Part shown: positions 49,203 to 58,459 of the stretch, in pieces
Layout of the letters: each line of letters begins with the position of its first letter
Numbering within the stretch: the stretch's first letter is position 1
Source of the DNA: a bacterium
GTDB lineage: Bacteria > Hinthialibacterota > Hinthialibacteria > OLB16
Direction: 5' to 3'
Length of the DNA stretch: 64,000 nt
Assembly: GCA_022072055.1 (NCBI GenBank)
Contig: JAJVIK010000007.1
Coordinates: 513,442 to 577,441, forward strand
The notes under the pieces: model-generated
The model's input: the letters and a program-made list of their open reading frames with translations, nothing else
What the model was told of the DNA's origin: nothing
The model's database searches: none
Translations under genes and position numbers: made by a program

Positions 49203-50270
49203 ATGAAGAAAGACCAACTCGAATTTCTGAAAACACTCCTCGCCGCGCATGGCCCCTCAGGCTATGAGGAAACCATCCGCGCGGCGTGGCGCAAGCGCGT
49301 GGAGAAGTTCGCAGACACGGTGACCACCGATGTCATGGGGAACTGCATCGCCACCCTCAATCCCAACGGCTCCCCCAAGGTCCTGCTCGCCGGTCACTGC
49401 GATGAGATCGGGTTTCAAGTCTCCCACATCGACGACAAGGGGTTCCTGTTCTTCCGTCAGATCGGCGGGCACGACCTATCCATCGTTCCGGGCAGACGAG
49501 TGCTGATCCACACTCACAAGGGACCGCTCGCCGGGGTGACCGGCAAGAAAGCCATCCACCTGATGTCTCCGGAGGATCGCAAAAAGGTCCCCGAGGTCCA
49601 TGAGCTCTGGATCGACATCGGCGCCAAGGACAAGGATGAAGCCGCCTCGCTCGTCGAGCTCGGGGACAGTGTGACTCACGACCTCGGTTATCAGGAACTG
49701 CGCAACAACCTGGTGGCCTCGCGCGCGCTGGACAACCGCACCGGGGCGTTTGTCGCGGCGGAGACACTGGTCACTCTCGCGCGTGGGAAGGGCAAGCTCG
49801 CGGCATGCGTGGTGGCGGTGGCCACAGTCCATGAAGAGATCGGTCTGCGCGGCGCGATCACCGCCGCTTACGGAACGAACCCGGACATCGGAATCTGCAT
49901 CGATGTGACCCACGCCACGGACAGCCCCGGACTGGATCCTAAGAAGGATGGCGTGGTCAAGCTCGGCGCGGGGCCGACTCTCACCAGGGGAGCGGCGGTG
50001 AACGCGAAGCTCACGCGCCATCTGATCGAGCTGGCGAAGAATGAGAAGATTCCTTACCAGATCGAGGCCAACCCGGGACGGGTCGGGAATGACACCTGGA
50101 GCATTCAGGTCGCCCGCGCGGGTGTGACCACCGCCGACATCGGGATCCCGTTGCGCTACATGCACACCCCCAGCGAGGTCGGATCGCTCGAGGACCTGGC
50201 CGCGGCGGTGAAGCTCCTGAGCGCCTTCTGCGGCGGACTCAAGAAGGGCGCGCGATTCGGAGTGGAGTGA
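49203..50270 (+). CDS. M42 family metallopeptidase (FrvX/CelM-like aminopeptidase)
   Basis: Conserved M42 blocks (LAGHCDEIGF, metal-binding His/Asp/Glu pattern), about 355 aa. Confidence 0.85.
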   Translation: MKKDQLEFLKTLLAAHGPSGYEETIRAAWRKRVEKFADTVTTDVMGNCIATLNPNGSPKVLLAGHCDEIGFQVSHIDDKGFLFFRQIGGHDLSIVPGRRVLIHTHKGPLAGVTGKKAIHLMSPEDRKKVPEVHELWIDIGAKDKDEAASLVELGDSVTHDLGYQELRNNLVASRALDNRTGAFVAAETLVTLARGKGKLAACVVAVATVHEEIGLRGAITAAYGTNPDIGICIDVTHATDSPGLDPKKDGVVKLGAGPTLTRGAAVNAKLTRHLIELAKNEKIPYQIEANPGRVGNDTWSIQVARAGVTTADIGIPLRYMHTPSEVGSLEDLAAAVKLLSAFCGGLKKGARFGVE

Positions 50271-50285
50271 GGGCGCGATGCCTGC

Positions 50286-51839
50286 ATGGAAGAGATTCCG
50301 CCTCTCCGGTATCCTCCCCACATGCGCGAGCACCTGCGCCGCTACCGTTTACCGCTGGCTTTTCTAACCGCCGCGCTTGCCCTGGCGCTTCCTCCCAGCG
50401 ACCGGGAGTGGCTCACCAAGATGTATTACCCGATCCTCTTCGGAAGGTATTCGACCGCCCGTGTCGCCTGGATTCTTTCCCTCCTCTTGATGTCACTCAC
50501 CGCGCTCCTCCGCGCGGAAAGCCTCTTGCATTCGCTTCCGCGGGAACAGAGGTGGGCGCGGTTCCGGGTAAACCTGCTGATCCCCGCCTACACCCTCGCG
50601 GCGGCGTTCGGGATGGTGGAGTTCTACTTTCAGCACAACCCCTCCAGGGTTTCCGGTCGCCATGATGAAACCTGGGTGGAGTCCATCGTTTTCCAGAGAA
50701 TGGCGGAGCGGCCCAAGGATGAGGAATTGGGAATTCTCGGGACTCCCAACATGGAGAAGGACAATAGCGAACTCCTGGAGTATTCGGTCCCGCTGCTCTA
50801 CGCCCCCGCCGAATGGAACCGACTCCCCTTCCCGCGCGTCCGCTACAGGTCGGACTCGGACGGCTTCCGCAACGACACTCAAGTGAACCAGGCCGACCTG
50901 GTCGTGATCGGGGACTCCTTCACTCACGCTCCCATGATTGAGCGCTCCGAAATCTGGTCCTCGGTGCTGGCGAGCCGATTGGGAATCTCGGAACTCAACC
51001 TCGGAATCTGCGGGTATGGCCCGCAACAAGAGGCCCGGGCCCTGTGGCGATATGGAATCAAACGCGGGCCGAAGCTGGTCGTGATGCAGGTCTTCCTCGG
51101 AAATGATGTTCAAGACTCGCTTGTGTTCAAACGATGGAAGACCTCCGGAATGGGATATGTGGAATTCCAGCGCGAACAACATGGGGTCCGACCGATCGTG
51201 CCGACCTGGGTGTTCCTGGCCAACCTGGCGCGACAAGTCCTTCCGGCGCCCGGGAAAGAGAAATGGGACAAGACCCCCGGCTGGTTTCGTCCCGTGGAGC
51301 TCCAATTGCGGGACAGGAGAATCCCCGTGGGATTCGACCCCGACCTAAGGCGCCTCCTCCGCTCCGAGAGAGAGTGGTCCCGAAGCGAGGGGCTGGACAC
51401 CCTCATCCTGTCGATCATGGAGGCGCGCGCCATCACCACCCGCGCGCGAGCGAAATTCGCGGTGATGCTCATCCCCACGAAAACCAGGGTCCTGTACGAC
51501 TTCATCGCGGACCAGGAAAACCGCTCGCGTTTCTACACGCAACAGGCCACCTTCCTGTCCGACTTCGATCCGGACGAACTGGAGCGCCTCCACCTGGAAA
51601 ACAGGGACTCGCAGGCGACTGTCCTCGGCGAATTCCTGGATCGCCAGCGAGTCGCGCGCTTTGATTTCACCCAACCCTTTGTGGATCGAACTCGAACGGA
51701 CGGGGAACTGCTTTACTACGCGCTGGATGCCCATTGGACCCCCGAGGGGCATCGGTTCGCGGGTGAGACTCTCGCTCAGTGGGTCCGGGATCGAGGGCTT
51801 CTTCCCGCCGAGGGGACCCCGTTTGCCGGACCCCACTGA
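50286..51839 (+). CDS. Membrane-anchored SGNH-like DHHW-motif protein (AlgJ/AlgX-like putative O-acetylation protein)
   Basis: N-terminal TM segments; GDSFTH and DAHW motifs. Confidence 0.6.
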   Translation: MEEIPPLRYPPHMREHLRRYRLPLAFLTAALALALPPSDREWLTKMYYPILFGRYSTARVAWILSLLLMSLTALLRAESLLHSLPREQRWARFRVNLLIPAYTLAAAFGMVEFYFQHNPSRVSGRHDETWVESIVFQRMAERPKDEELGILGTPNMEKDNSELLEYSVPLLYAPAEWNRLPFPRVRYRSDSDGFRNDTQVNQADLVVIGDSFTHAPMIERSEIWSSVLASRLGISELNLGICGYGPQQEARALWRYGIKRGPKLVVMQVFLGNDVQDSLVFKRWKTSGMGYVEFQREQHGVRPIVPTWVFLANLARQVLPAPGKEKWDKTPGWFRPVELQLRDRRIPVGFDPDLRRLLRSEREWSRSEGLDTLILSIMEARAITTRARAKFAVMLIPTKTRVLYDFIADQENRSRFYTQQATFLSDFDPDELERLHLENRDSQATVLGEFLDRQRVARFDFTQPFVDRTRTDGELLYYALDAHWTPEGHRFAGETLAQWVRDRGLLPAEGTPFAGPH

Positions 51840-51907
51840 CCCTGTACACTCGCGTTCGCGTCCTTGGGCGCATCCATTCAGTCATAAGGAGGGAGTTCAC
51901 ACTCCCC

Positions 51908-53899
51908 ATGAAAGCAAAGAGTTCCATGACAAAGCGACCGGCTCGTTTGATCACGGACCTGGTCGCGCTTTCCCGCAAGTATGGAAACGATCCGAGCCAC
52001 ATCATCGCCGGCGGCGGAAACACCTCGGTGAAGCTCGGCGAGCGGATGTGGATCAAGGCCAGCGGCCACTCCCTTGCCACCATCGGTCCCGAGGGGTTCC
52101 TCGAACTGCGGATGCCCGAGGTTCTCGGCATCCTGGCGCGAAAGGACTGGAGCGCCGACCGCGACGAGCGCGAGGCGCAGATTGTCCGGGTGTTGCTCAA
52201 TGCCCGCGTGAACCCGCCTTCACCGAATGTGCGCCCCTCGGTCGAGTCGACCCTGCACGCCCTCATGCCGCAGGCGTTCGTGCTGCACACGCATGGGGAA
52301 CTCGCCAACGGTGTCACCTGCTCGCGGAAAGGCGAGGCGGCCTTCAGACGTCTTCCCTTGCCGCGCAAGGTCCGAGCGGTGTGGATTCCCTATGTCGATC
52401 CCGGCATGCCCCTGGCCCAAGCGCTCGCGAAGGCGCTTAAGGGATACCAAGCCAAGCATGGGGTCCCGGCCAACACGGTGTTCATGGGCAAGCACGGTAT
52501 CCTGGTCGCCGCCGATGAGGCCGCCGAGGCGGACTCCCTCATGCAGGCGTGCGATGAGACCATCCGCGGGGAATTGCGGCGCGGCGCGAGGAAGCGCCGA
52601 ACCGAGATTCAAGTGGTGGATCGCGACCTGGAGGCGGCGGTGGTTCCGGCGCTCCGCTCACTCCTACCGGACCCGACCTGGCTCGTCCGAAGAATCGAGG
52701 AGCCCGCGCTCGATGCCCTGCTCTCGAAAGACCTTGCGAGCCGCGCGGCGCTGCTGCCCGACCAGGTGGTCTATTGCGGGACCTTTCCGCTCTGGGTTCC
52801 GCGCCCGCGGTCCCTTGAACCCGAAGTGGTCCGAGCCGCCGCTGGAGAGGCGCTACAGAGGTTTGTCGAGAAGCACGCGCGCGCGCCGCAAGTCTATCTG
52901 ATCGAAAACCTCGGGGCCTACGCGGGCGGGGCGACTGAGAAGGACTTGCGTAACACCTCCGAGATGTTCGCCTCGGCGATGCGCATGACGGTCAACACCC
53001 GCCCCTTTGGCGGACCCAACCCGCTCACGAAGCGCGAGTACGCTTTCATCGACACCTGGAATGTCGAACAGTACCGTCGCGGCCTGGCCGCCGGAAAATC
53101 CGCCACGGGACGGGCCCAAGGGAAGGTCGCGCTGATCACCGGGGCCGGCCAGGGGGTCGGCAAGGAGATCGCCGAAGGGCTTGCCGAAGAGGGCGCGCGC
53201 CTGGTGCTCGTGGACCTGAATTCGGCGACCTTGAACGAGACTGTTCGGGAGATCAACGCGCGTCACGGCGCGGGCCGCGCGGTCGCAGTCCAGGCCAATG
53301 TCGCCATGGAGGAAGACCAACGCGCCGCGGCGCGTCTTGCGGTGCGAACCTTCGGCGGCTTGGACATCGCCATCGCCAACGCGGGCATTCTCAAGGCCTA
53401 CAAGGTGACTCAGTTTCCCGCCGAGGCGTGGCGCTCCATCATCGATGTGAACCTGGTGGGGGCTTTCCTGTTGGCCAAGGTCGCGGCGGAGGTGATGCAA
53501 TACCAGCGCTCCGGCGACATCATCCAGATCAACTCCAAGTCCGGAAAGTCCGGCAGCAAGTACAATTCCGCCTACGCCGCCTCCAAGTTCGGGGGCATCG
53601 GCCTGGTTCAGAGCTTGGCGCTCGATCTGATCGAGGATGGCATCCGGGTCAACGCGATCTGTCCGGGGAATTTTCTCGATCTGCCGCTCTGGTCCGCGCC
53701 GGGCGGGCTGTTCGACCAATATCGCGCCAAGTACGACAATGCAACGCGCGAGGAGGTCCGCCGGATCTACGAAAGCAAGGTGCCGATGGGACGCGGGTGC
53801 CGTGTTTCCGATGTGGTCCGGGCGATCCTGTACATCTTGGAACAAGACTATGAGACCGGCCAGGCCTACAATGTCACCGGCGGCCAGGAGATGCGCTAG
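51908..53899 (+). CDS. Bifunctional rhamnulose-1-phosphate aldolase / short-chain dehydrogenase
   Basis: N-terminal class II aldolase-like domain; C-terminal SDR (GAGQGVG, YNSAYAASK); ATG at 51908. Confidence 0.85.
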   Translation: MKAKSSMTKRPARLITDLVALSRKYGNDPSHIIAGGGNTSVKLGERMWIKASGHSLATIGPEGFLELRMPEVLGILARKDWSADRDEREAQIVRVLLNARVNPPSPNVRPSVESTLHALMPQAFVLHTHGELANGVTCSRKGEAAFRRLPLPRKVRAVWIPYVDPGMPLAQALAKALKGYQAKHGVPANTVFMGKHGILVAADEAAEADSLMQACDETIRGELRRGARKRRTEIQVVDRDLEAAVVPALRSLLPDPTWLVRRIEEPALDALLSKDLASRAALLPDQVVYCGTFPLWVPRPRSLEPEVVRAAAGEALQRFVEKHARAPQVYLIENLGAYAGGATEKDLRNTSEMFASAMRMTVNTRPFGGPNPLTKREYAFIDTWNVEQYRRGLAAGKSATGRAQGKVALITGAGQGVGKEIAEGLAEEGARLVLVDLNSATLNETVREINARHGAGRAVAVQANVAMEEDQRAAARLAVRTFGGLDIAIANAGILKAYKVTQFPAEAWRSIIDVNLVGAFLLAKVAAEVMQYQRSGDIIQINSKSGKSGSKYNSAYAASKFGGIGLVQSLALDLIEDGIRVNAICPGNFLDLPLWSAPGGLFDQYRAKYDNATREEVRRIYESKVPMGRGCRVSDVVRAILYILEQDYETGQAYNVTGGQEMR

Positions 53900-53924
53900 A
53901 GCGGGTAACGTCAGCGTGTGGCAC

Positions 53925-54020
53925 CTGGAGGGACACGCTCCGTCGTGTCCGGGCGCGAGGGGCCAAGGGACGCGACGGAGCGCGTCCCTCCAACGCAACA
54001 TCCGAGTGAGATAGGCTCTA
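53925..54020. repeat. Mosaic GC-rich palindromic repeat, copy B3 (inverted orientation; long imperfect hairpin)
   Basis: Reverse complement aligns with 17122-17225; about 24-bp stem pairing GGAGGGACACGCTCCGTCGTGTCC with GGGACGCGACGGAGCGCGTCCCTCC. Confidence 0.6.
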
Positions 54021-54030
54021 AGTTGGGGTG

Positions 54031-55311
54031 TCAGTTCCCGACCGGATCGAGCAGAAACGCGCGGTATTTCCCGTTAATCGTTCCCTCTCCCACAATCTGG
54101 CCCTTGTTGTTGATGTCCTTCGCGATCAAAAGGACCCAGCCTTTCCCATCCACAAGCTGGTTGGTCAGATCATAGAGCGCTCCATCTTTCCACAGGACCG
54201 CGGAGCTTTTCGCGCCGATCCGGTCACTGATCTGGTTCCAGAGTTGACGGACCCAGCGGAACTGCTTGAATCTGTTGTAGAACTTTTGCGCGAGGGGAAT
54301 GTCGATTCCGTCCCCGACAATTTCACCTCGATCATTGAGGGCGAGCGGCCGACAACTCTCGAAAGACTTCATCGCAAGGAAAGCATGGGTTCCGTTGTCC
54401 CAGAGGAAAGGTTCGTATTCGTCAAAATCTCCACCGGTGGGGAAAGCCCCCGCCACTTGACCGCGCTGGTTTAAGGCCGCCGCCGAGCTGCCCTTCATGC
54501 CGCTTAGATGAATGTCCCGCATCCCTTTGTCCGGAGTCCAAACAAAGGCGTGCTGCTCGCCGCTTGCGGTGGAGCCGTATCCGGCGATCCAGCCGGAGGA
54601 GTTTACCGCGGCAGGGTGGACAACGGGGCCTCCGAGATCACCCAAGTCCTCAAAACCACATTCCGAGGTCCATCGGAAGAGGCGTCGATAGGGCCGAGGG
54701 GGCGCCCTTTTCGGACCCTCCATGTCCTGCGCGGCCACCACGAAGGCTCCTCCCGATCCGAAAAGAACGTCCTCGATGGAGGTGAATCCCGTGATGGAAA
54801 GAACAACCTCCTCGGCTGAGGCAGACCGGATGAGGTGAATTCTCTTTGGCTGTCTCAGCGGCGCGCCCGCGCCATACACTCCGAAGGCGCCGCCATAGAC
54901 CGAAGGACCACCCGGCGTGAACTCCTCCACAGTTTCCACAACGAGGATTCTCCCGAGGGGGTCGATTTCGACCGCTGTTCCCGTGGTCCCCTGGGAGAGG
55001 CCCAGGTCTTTCATTCCCGATTCTCTTGTCCACAGAAAGGGATGGGTGACGAAGGGTGGAACAAACTGTTGCATGTTGCCGGGAGACGAATCTTTGGGGC
55101 GCGGAACCGCGGCGCTCCCGACCACCTCGCCTCGATCATTGATGGCCACGGCACGCACTTGCGCGTGCTTGGAGAGAACCCCCAGATCGGTGATGCGATA
55201 ACGAGGTCCCGAGGGCCAGGCCAACAACCACCACAAGAAAAGCGCCCCGAATGCAAAGACCGCCGCCTGGAGGAACGTCTTACGCTGGGTTATTGATTTC
55301 CCCTCAGCCAT
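54031..55311 (-). CDS. HAF-repeat family extracellular/anchored protein, paralog 1
   Basis: N-terminal hydrophobic anchor, PSGPRYRITDLG, HAF-like repeats (INDRGEVVG, QHAFVWTP), C-terminal GKYRAFLLDPV. Confidence 0.7.
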   Translation of the reverse strand: MAEGKSITQRKTFLQAAVFAFGALFLWWLLAWPSGPRYRITDLGVLSKHAQVRAVAINDRGEVVGSAAVPRPKDSSPGNMQQFVPPFVTHPFLWTRESGMKDLGLSQGTTGTAVEIDPLGRILVVETVEEFTPGGPSVYGGAFGVYGAGAPLRQPKRIHLIRSASAEEVVLSITGFTSIEDVLFGSGGAFVVAAQDMEGPKRAPPRPYRRLFRWTSECGFEDLGDLGGPVVHPAAVNSSGWIAGYGSTASGEQHAFVWTPDKGMRDIHLSGMKGSSAAALNQRGQVAGAFPTGGDFDEYEPFLWDNGTHAFLAMKSFESCRPLALNDRGEIVGDGIDIPLAQKFYNRFKQFRWVRQLWNQISDRIGAKSSAVLWKDGALYDLTNQLVDGKGWVLLIAKDINNKGQIVGEGTINGKYRAFLLDPVGN

Positions 55312-55347
55312 GATCCAAGGCCCTGTATTTCGGGATAAACGGTTCCT

Positions 55348-55740
55348 CTATATCACTTGAACACACGGTCCTGAATCGAGCCGCGACGCTCTCCTGGCGA
55401 ACCCTCGGTCGAAGGTGGCGAACGCCTCGGAACACGAGCTGCTTCCCCAGTGAAGCGCGTCGGCAAAATCAATCCCCCGTTCATAGGCCTCCAGCGCGGA
55501 CACGACCGCGATGGGGTCTTCCAGCACAACCTGAGAAAGCCCGCAGAGCCTTCTGAACGATTCGAGGATCACCGTTCTCGGCAGCTCGTAAGTGTATCGG
55601 AGCACCCATTCGCACTCGAGGAGGACTGTCTTCGGGATGTGGATGGAATTGGCTTCAAAGAGCTCAGTCGCTCGGCGCGCCTGCGCGGGATCATCCCGTG
55701 TCAGGAGGCGAACCAGAATGTTGGTATCGACCGAGATCAT
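55348..55740 (-). CDS. vapC: PIN-domain toxin VapC
   Basis: MISVDTNILVRLL start; 4-nt overlap with the upstream antitoxin gene. Confidence 0.75.
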   Translation of the reverse strand: MISVDTNILVRLLTRDDPAQARRATELFEANSIHIPKTVLLECEWVLRYTYELPRTVILESFRRLCGLSQVVLEDPIAVVSALEAYERGIDFADALHWGSSSCSEAFATFDRGFARRASRLDSGPCVQVI

Positions 55741-55988
55741 CTTTGTCTCGACACACCCTTGCGGATCGCGCCCTCCATTTCGGCGAGCGACTTGCGCGCT
55801 CCGGTGTAGCCCGTGCAGCCGATCACTTCGCGGAGCGTGGTGGCGGGGAAAGGTTGGGTGGGGCGAAGCAGGACCCCCCCGGAGTGCTCCTCCACCAGGA
55901 ATTCGACCCCCGGGCCCCATCCGTGACTTACCCGGATGGCCTTGGGGATGATGATCTGCCCCTTGCTGGAGAGTCGCGTGGTTTCCAT
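55737..55988 (-). CDS. vapB: AbrB/MazE/SpoVT-type antitoxin VapB
   Basis: SpoVT/AbrB swapped-hairpin signature (SSKGQIIIPKAIRVSHG). Confidence 0.75.
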   Translation of the reverse strand: METTRLSSKGQIIIPKAIRVSHGWGPGVEFLVEEHSGGVLLRPTQPFPATTLREVIGCTGYTGARKSLAEMEGAIRKGVSRQR

Positions 55989-56062
55989 GTTCCCCCTCCT
56001 TGGTAAGATTACGGTAAGATGATCCTACCGGCGGCGGACAGTTCGGTCAATGCGAAGAGAAG

Positions 56063-57316
56063 TCACTCCACCGGGTCAAGCAGGAACGAGCGCGTGTTTC
56101 CCTGGAAGGTCCCCTCGCCCACAATCTGTCCCTTGTTGTTGATGTGCCTGGCGGACCAAAGGACCCAGTCGTCCCCGTCCACAAGCTGGTTGTTCAGATC
56201 ATATAACTCCCCATCCTTCCACAGGAGCGCGGAAGCCCTCTCCTCGAGCCAGTTCTCGCCCCAGTCTTCGAGCCAAGGGACAGCCCAGGCGGCCCAAGGT
56301 CGCTGCATGAGCGCTGTCAAAATCCTCTGGGTGGCGGGACGGTACGATCCGCCCCCGACTATCTCTCCAGGATCGTTGATATCTTGGGCCTCGCAACGTT
56401 CGAAATGCTCCACGGGGAGCGGGGTGTAGGTTTCCTTCTCCCAGAGGAAGGGTTTCGACCCACCCCACCCGCCGCGTGACCAGGAAAATCCCACGACCTG
56501 ACCTCGGTTGTTCAACCCCTGTGCGTGGCTGATCCGCTCGTCGGTCGGATGGATGTCCCGCATCCCTTGAACCGGAGTCCAGATAAACGCGTGCTGTTCC
56601 CTGCTCGCCGTGAGGGCATATCCGGCAATCCAACCGTTTTCGTTCGCCGATTCTGGAATGACTTGGTTGCCCCCCAAGTTCCCGAGACTTTCATATCCCT
56701 TCTCCGCGCTCCACCGAAGAAGGTCTTCAGACTGGGTCCCCACCGTGGTCAGGCCGCTCGCCGGCATCAGCAGGGTCTCATTCGGTCCGAGGGCGACCTG
56801 ACCCAAGGAGATGGCGCGAGTTTCGGTCAGGATGATGTGCGCGCCGGTGGCCGAATGGATCACATAGGTGCGCTTTATGGGTTGTGGTCGGGGAGTCCCA
56901 TAACCTCCCGGCCCACCGTAAGGTTGCACGGCGGATGGGGAGAGGTCTTGATGGTGCTCAACGACCAGAATCCGGCCGCGTTCGTCAATGTCCCGGGCGG
57001 AGCCGGAATTGCCCTCCAAGAGGCCGAGGTCCCTTATCCCCGACTCGCGGGTCCAGAGAAAGGGGTGTGTGACATAACTCCGGCGTCGTCCCCCCTCGGA
57101 AGGGGTGGCGGATTCAACCGGAAGGGGAACCGCCATGCCGCCAACCACCTCGCCACGCTCATTGAGGTCGGCCACTTGATCCGCCACCCTGCTCGCCCCG
57201 ATTTGGAGGTCGGTGATGCGATAGCGGGGACCGGAGGGCGGAGATGAAAGGAGCAGGAGGGCAAGCGCGCCGAGGGCGACAATGGCTGAAAGGAGGAACG
57301 CGATTCGCTTCGGCAT
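56063..57316 (-). CDS. HAF-repeat family extracellular/anchored protein, paralog 2
   Basis: Same architecture as 54031-55311 (PSGPRYRITDL, HPFLWTRESGIRDLG, QHAFIWTP, C-terminal RSFLLDPVE). Confidence 0.7.
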   Translation of the reverse strand: MPKRIAFLLSAIVALGALALLLLSSPPSGPRYRITDLQIGASRVADQVADLNERGEVVGGMAVPLPVESATPSEGGRRRSYVTHPFLWTRESGIRDLGLLEGNSGSARDIDERGRILVVEHHQDLSPSAVQPYGGPGGYGTPRPQPIKRTYVIHSATGAHIILTETRAISLGQVALGPNETLLMPASGLTTVGTQSEDLLRWSAEKGYESLGNLGGNQVIPESANENGWIAGYALTASREQHAFIWTPVQGMRDIHPTDERISHAQGLNNRGQVVGFSWSRGGWGGSKPFLWEKETYTPLPVEHFERCEAQDINDPGEIVGGGSYRPATQRILTALMQRPWAAWAVPWLEDWGENWLEERASALLWKDGELYDLNNQLVDGDDWVLWSARHINNKGQIVGEGTFQGNTRSFLLDPVE

Positions 57317-57356
57317 TCGAGCAGCTCACGCTCCAGCAAAACGAATGAAGGCGATG

Positions 57357-57545
57357 TTAGTCCTTGGTCGCCATGGGGGCGCCGGGGTGAACAATCCGCT
57401 CGGGATGTTCACGCTCCGCCTCGCGGAGTTTCTCGCAGAATGTGTGCAGATCAGACCCGGCCTCCCTGAAAAGGTCCGCCCCGGCCCGGCGAGTCTCCTC
57501 CACAATAGGGTCATCCCACGTGTAAACCTCATCGTTGGGCATCAT
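57357..57545 (-). CDS. Small acidic hypothetical ORF downstream of the disrupted PIN gene
   Basis: About 62 aa (MMPNDEVYTWDDPIVEETRRAGADLFREAGSDLHTFCEKLREAEREHPERIV); start uncertain. Confidence 0.25.
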   Translation of the reverse strand: MMPNDEVYTWDDPIVEETRRAGADLFREAGSDLHTFCEKLREAEREHPERIVHPGAPMATKD

Positions 57546-58033
57546 CAAGCAGTTCCTCCGGTGTACAGATCGTCGGTGTTGAGAATCCTTCTCTTTGGTT
57601 AATTTGCCGCACTCGACGGCGAATATGACCGTTGGCGATATGCCTGCAGTTCCATGTTGCCAGAAACATCGTGCCCCAAACAGAGGCAGGGGCAATGTGA
57701 AGGGCATCACGCGCGGCATCCGTGGGCAGGTCAGATTTCCTCGAGATAGACACTGGCCAGCCGCTCCACTTCGGCGGACACATGGAGTTCTGAAAACCCG
57801 CGCAGCGAGGCCAGTCGCTTTCTCGCCGCATCCTGGTCACCGCGTGACGCCTCGGCCAGGACTACCTCGGATATGAAGACCTCGTACCCCGGAAGCGCCT
57901 CCTTCCACCACCGACGAGTGATCTCTTGGTGGGCCAGAACAAGGATGTCCCTCGACGAGCGGGCTTCGAGATAGCCGACAACTGAAGTTTCGAGGTACAG
58001 GCGTGGCTTATCAGCCATTATCGATGGTTCCAC
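57529..58033 (-). pseudogene. PIN-like nuclease gene split by an apparent frameshift near 57731-57745
   Basis: N-terminal part (RLYLETSVV...YEVFISEVV) ends at stop 57731; C-terminal part (DALHIAPA...FLATWNCRHIANG) continues in another frame. Confidence 0.5.
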
Positions 58034-58059
58034 CTTTCATCTGCGTCATACTTGGAGGA

Positions 58060-58437
58060 TCACTCGACCGGGTCAAGAATGAACCCCGCGTCTTTCCCCT
58101 TGTACTTTCCCACGCCGATGATCTGGCCGTTGTCGTTAATGTCGTTCACACCCTTCGCGTTTCCCTCTTGGCCCACCGCAAAACCGAGATTCTTCATTCC
58201 GCTTTCGTGAGTCCACAGGAAGGGGTGAGTAATCTCATCCGTGCCGGACTCGACCCCGTAGTGGCCGACCACAACCCCATCGCTATTGATGCTGGTCGGC
58301 CAGATCTCGCCATCCCCCAATTGCTCCAGCTCCGTGATCCGATACCTCGGCCCTTCCGGCGCCCGCCGAAGGTAATAGAACGAGGCAAGGGCGGCGGACA
58401 GGAGAACAAGGATGAGGAGGAGATTTCGCTTGGGCAT
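58060..58437 (-). CDS. HAF-repeat family protein, short paralog 3
   Basis: About 125 aa from MPKRNLLLILVLLSAALA; keeps the N-terminal PEGPRYRITEL, one repeat and C-terminal GFILDPVE. Confidence 0.6.
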   Translation of the reverse strand: MPKRNLLLILVLLSAALASFYYLRRAPEGPRYRITELEQLGDGEIWPTSINSDGVVVGHYGVESGTDEITHPFLWTHESGMKNLGFAVGQEGNAKGVNDINDNGQIIGVGKYKGKDAGFILDPVE

Positions 58438-58459
58438 CGGAATTCCTCGTTGCACAACC

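Noticed and set aside
53921-53935. TGGCAC motif resembling a sigma-54 -24 element
   Set aside because: No TTGC -12 element at the right spacing, and it lies inside the palindromic repeat after a stop codon.
57725-57750. Programmed ribosomal frameshift joining the two PIN gene halves
   Set aside because: No slippery heptamer or obvious downstream stimulatory structure at the junction; a frameshift mutation or sequencing error is more parsimonious.
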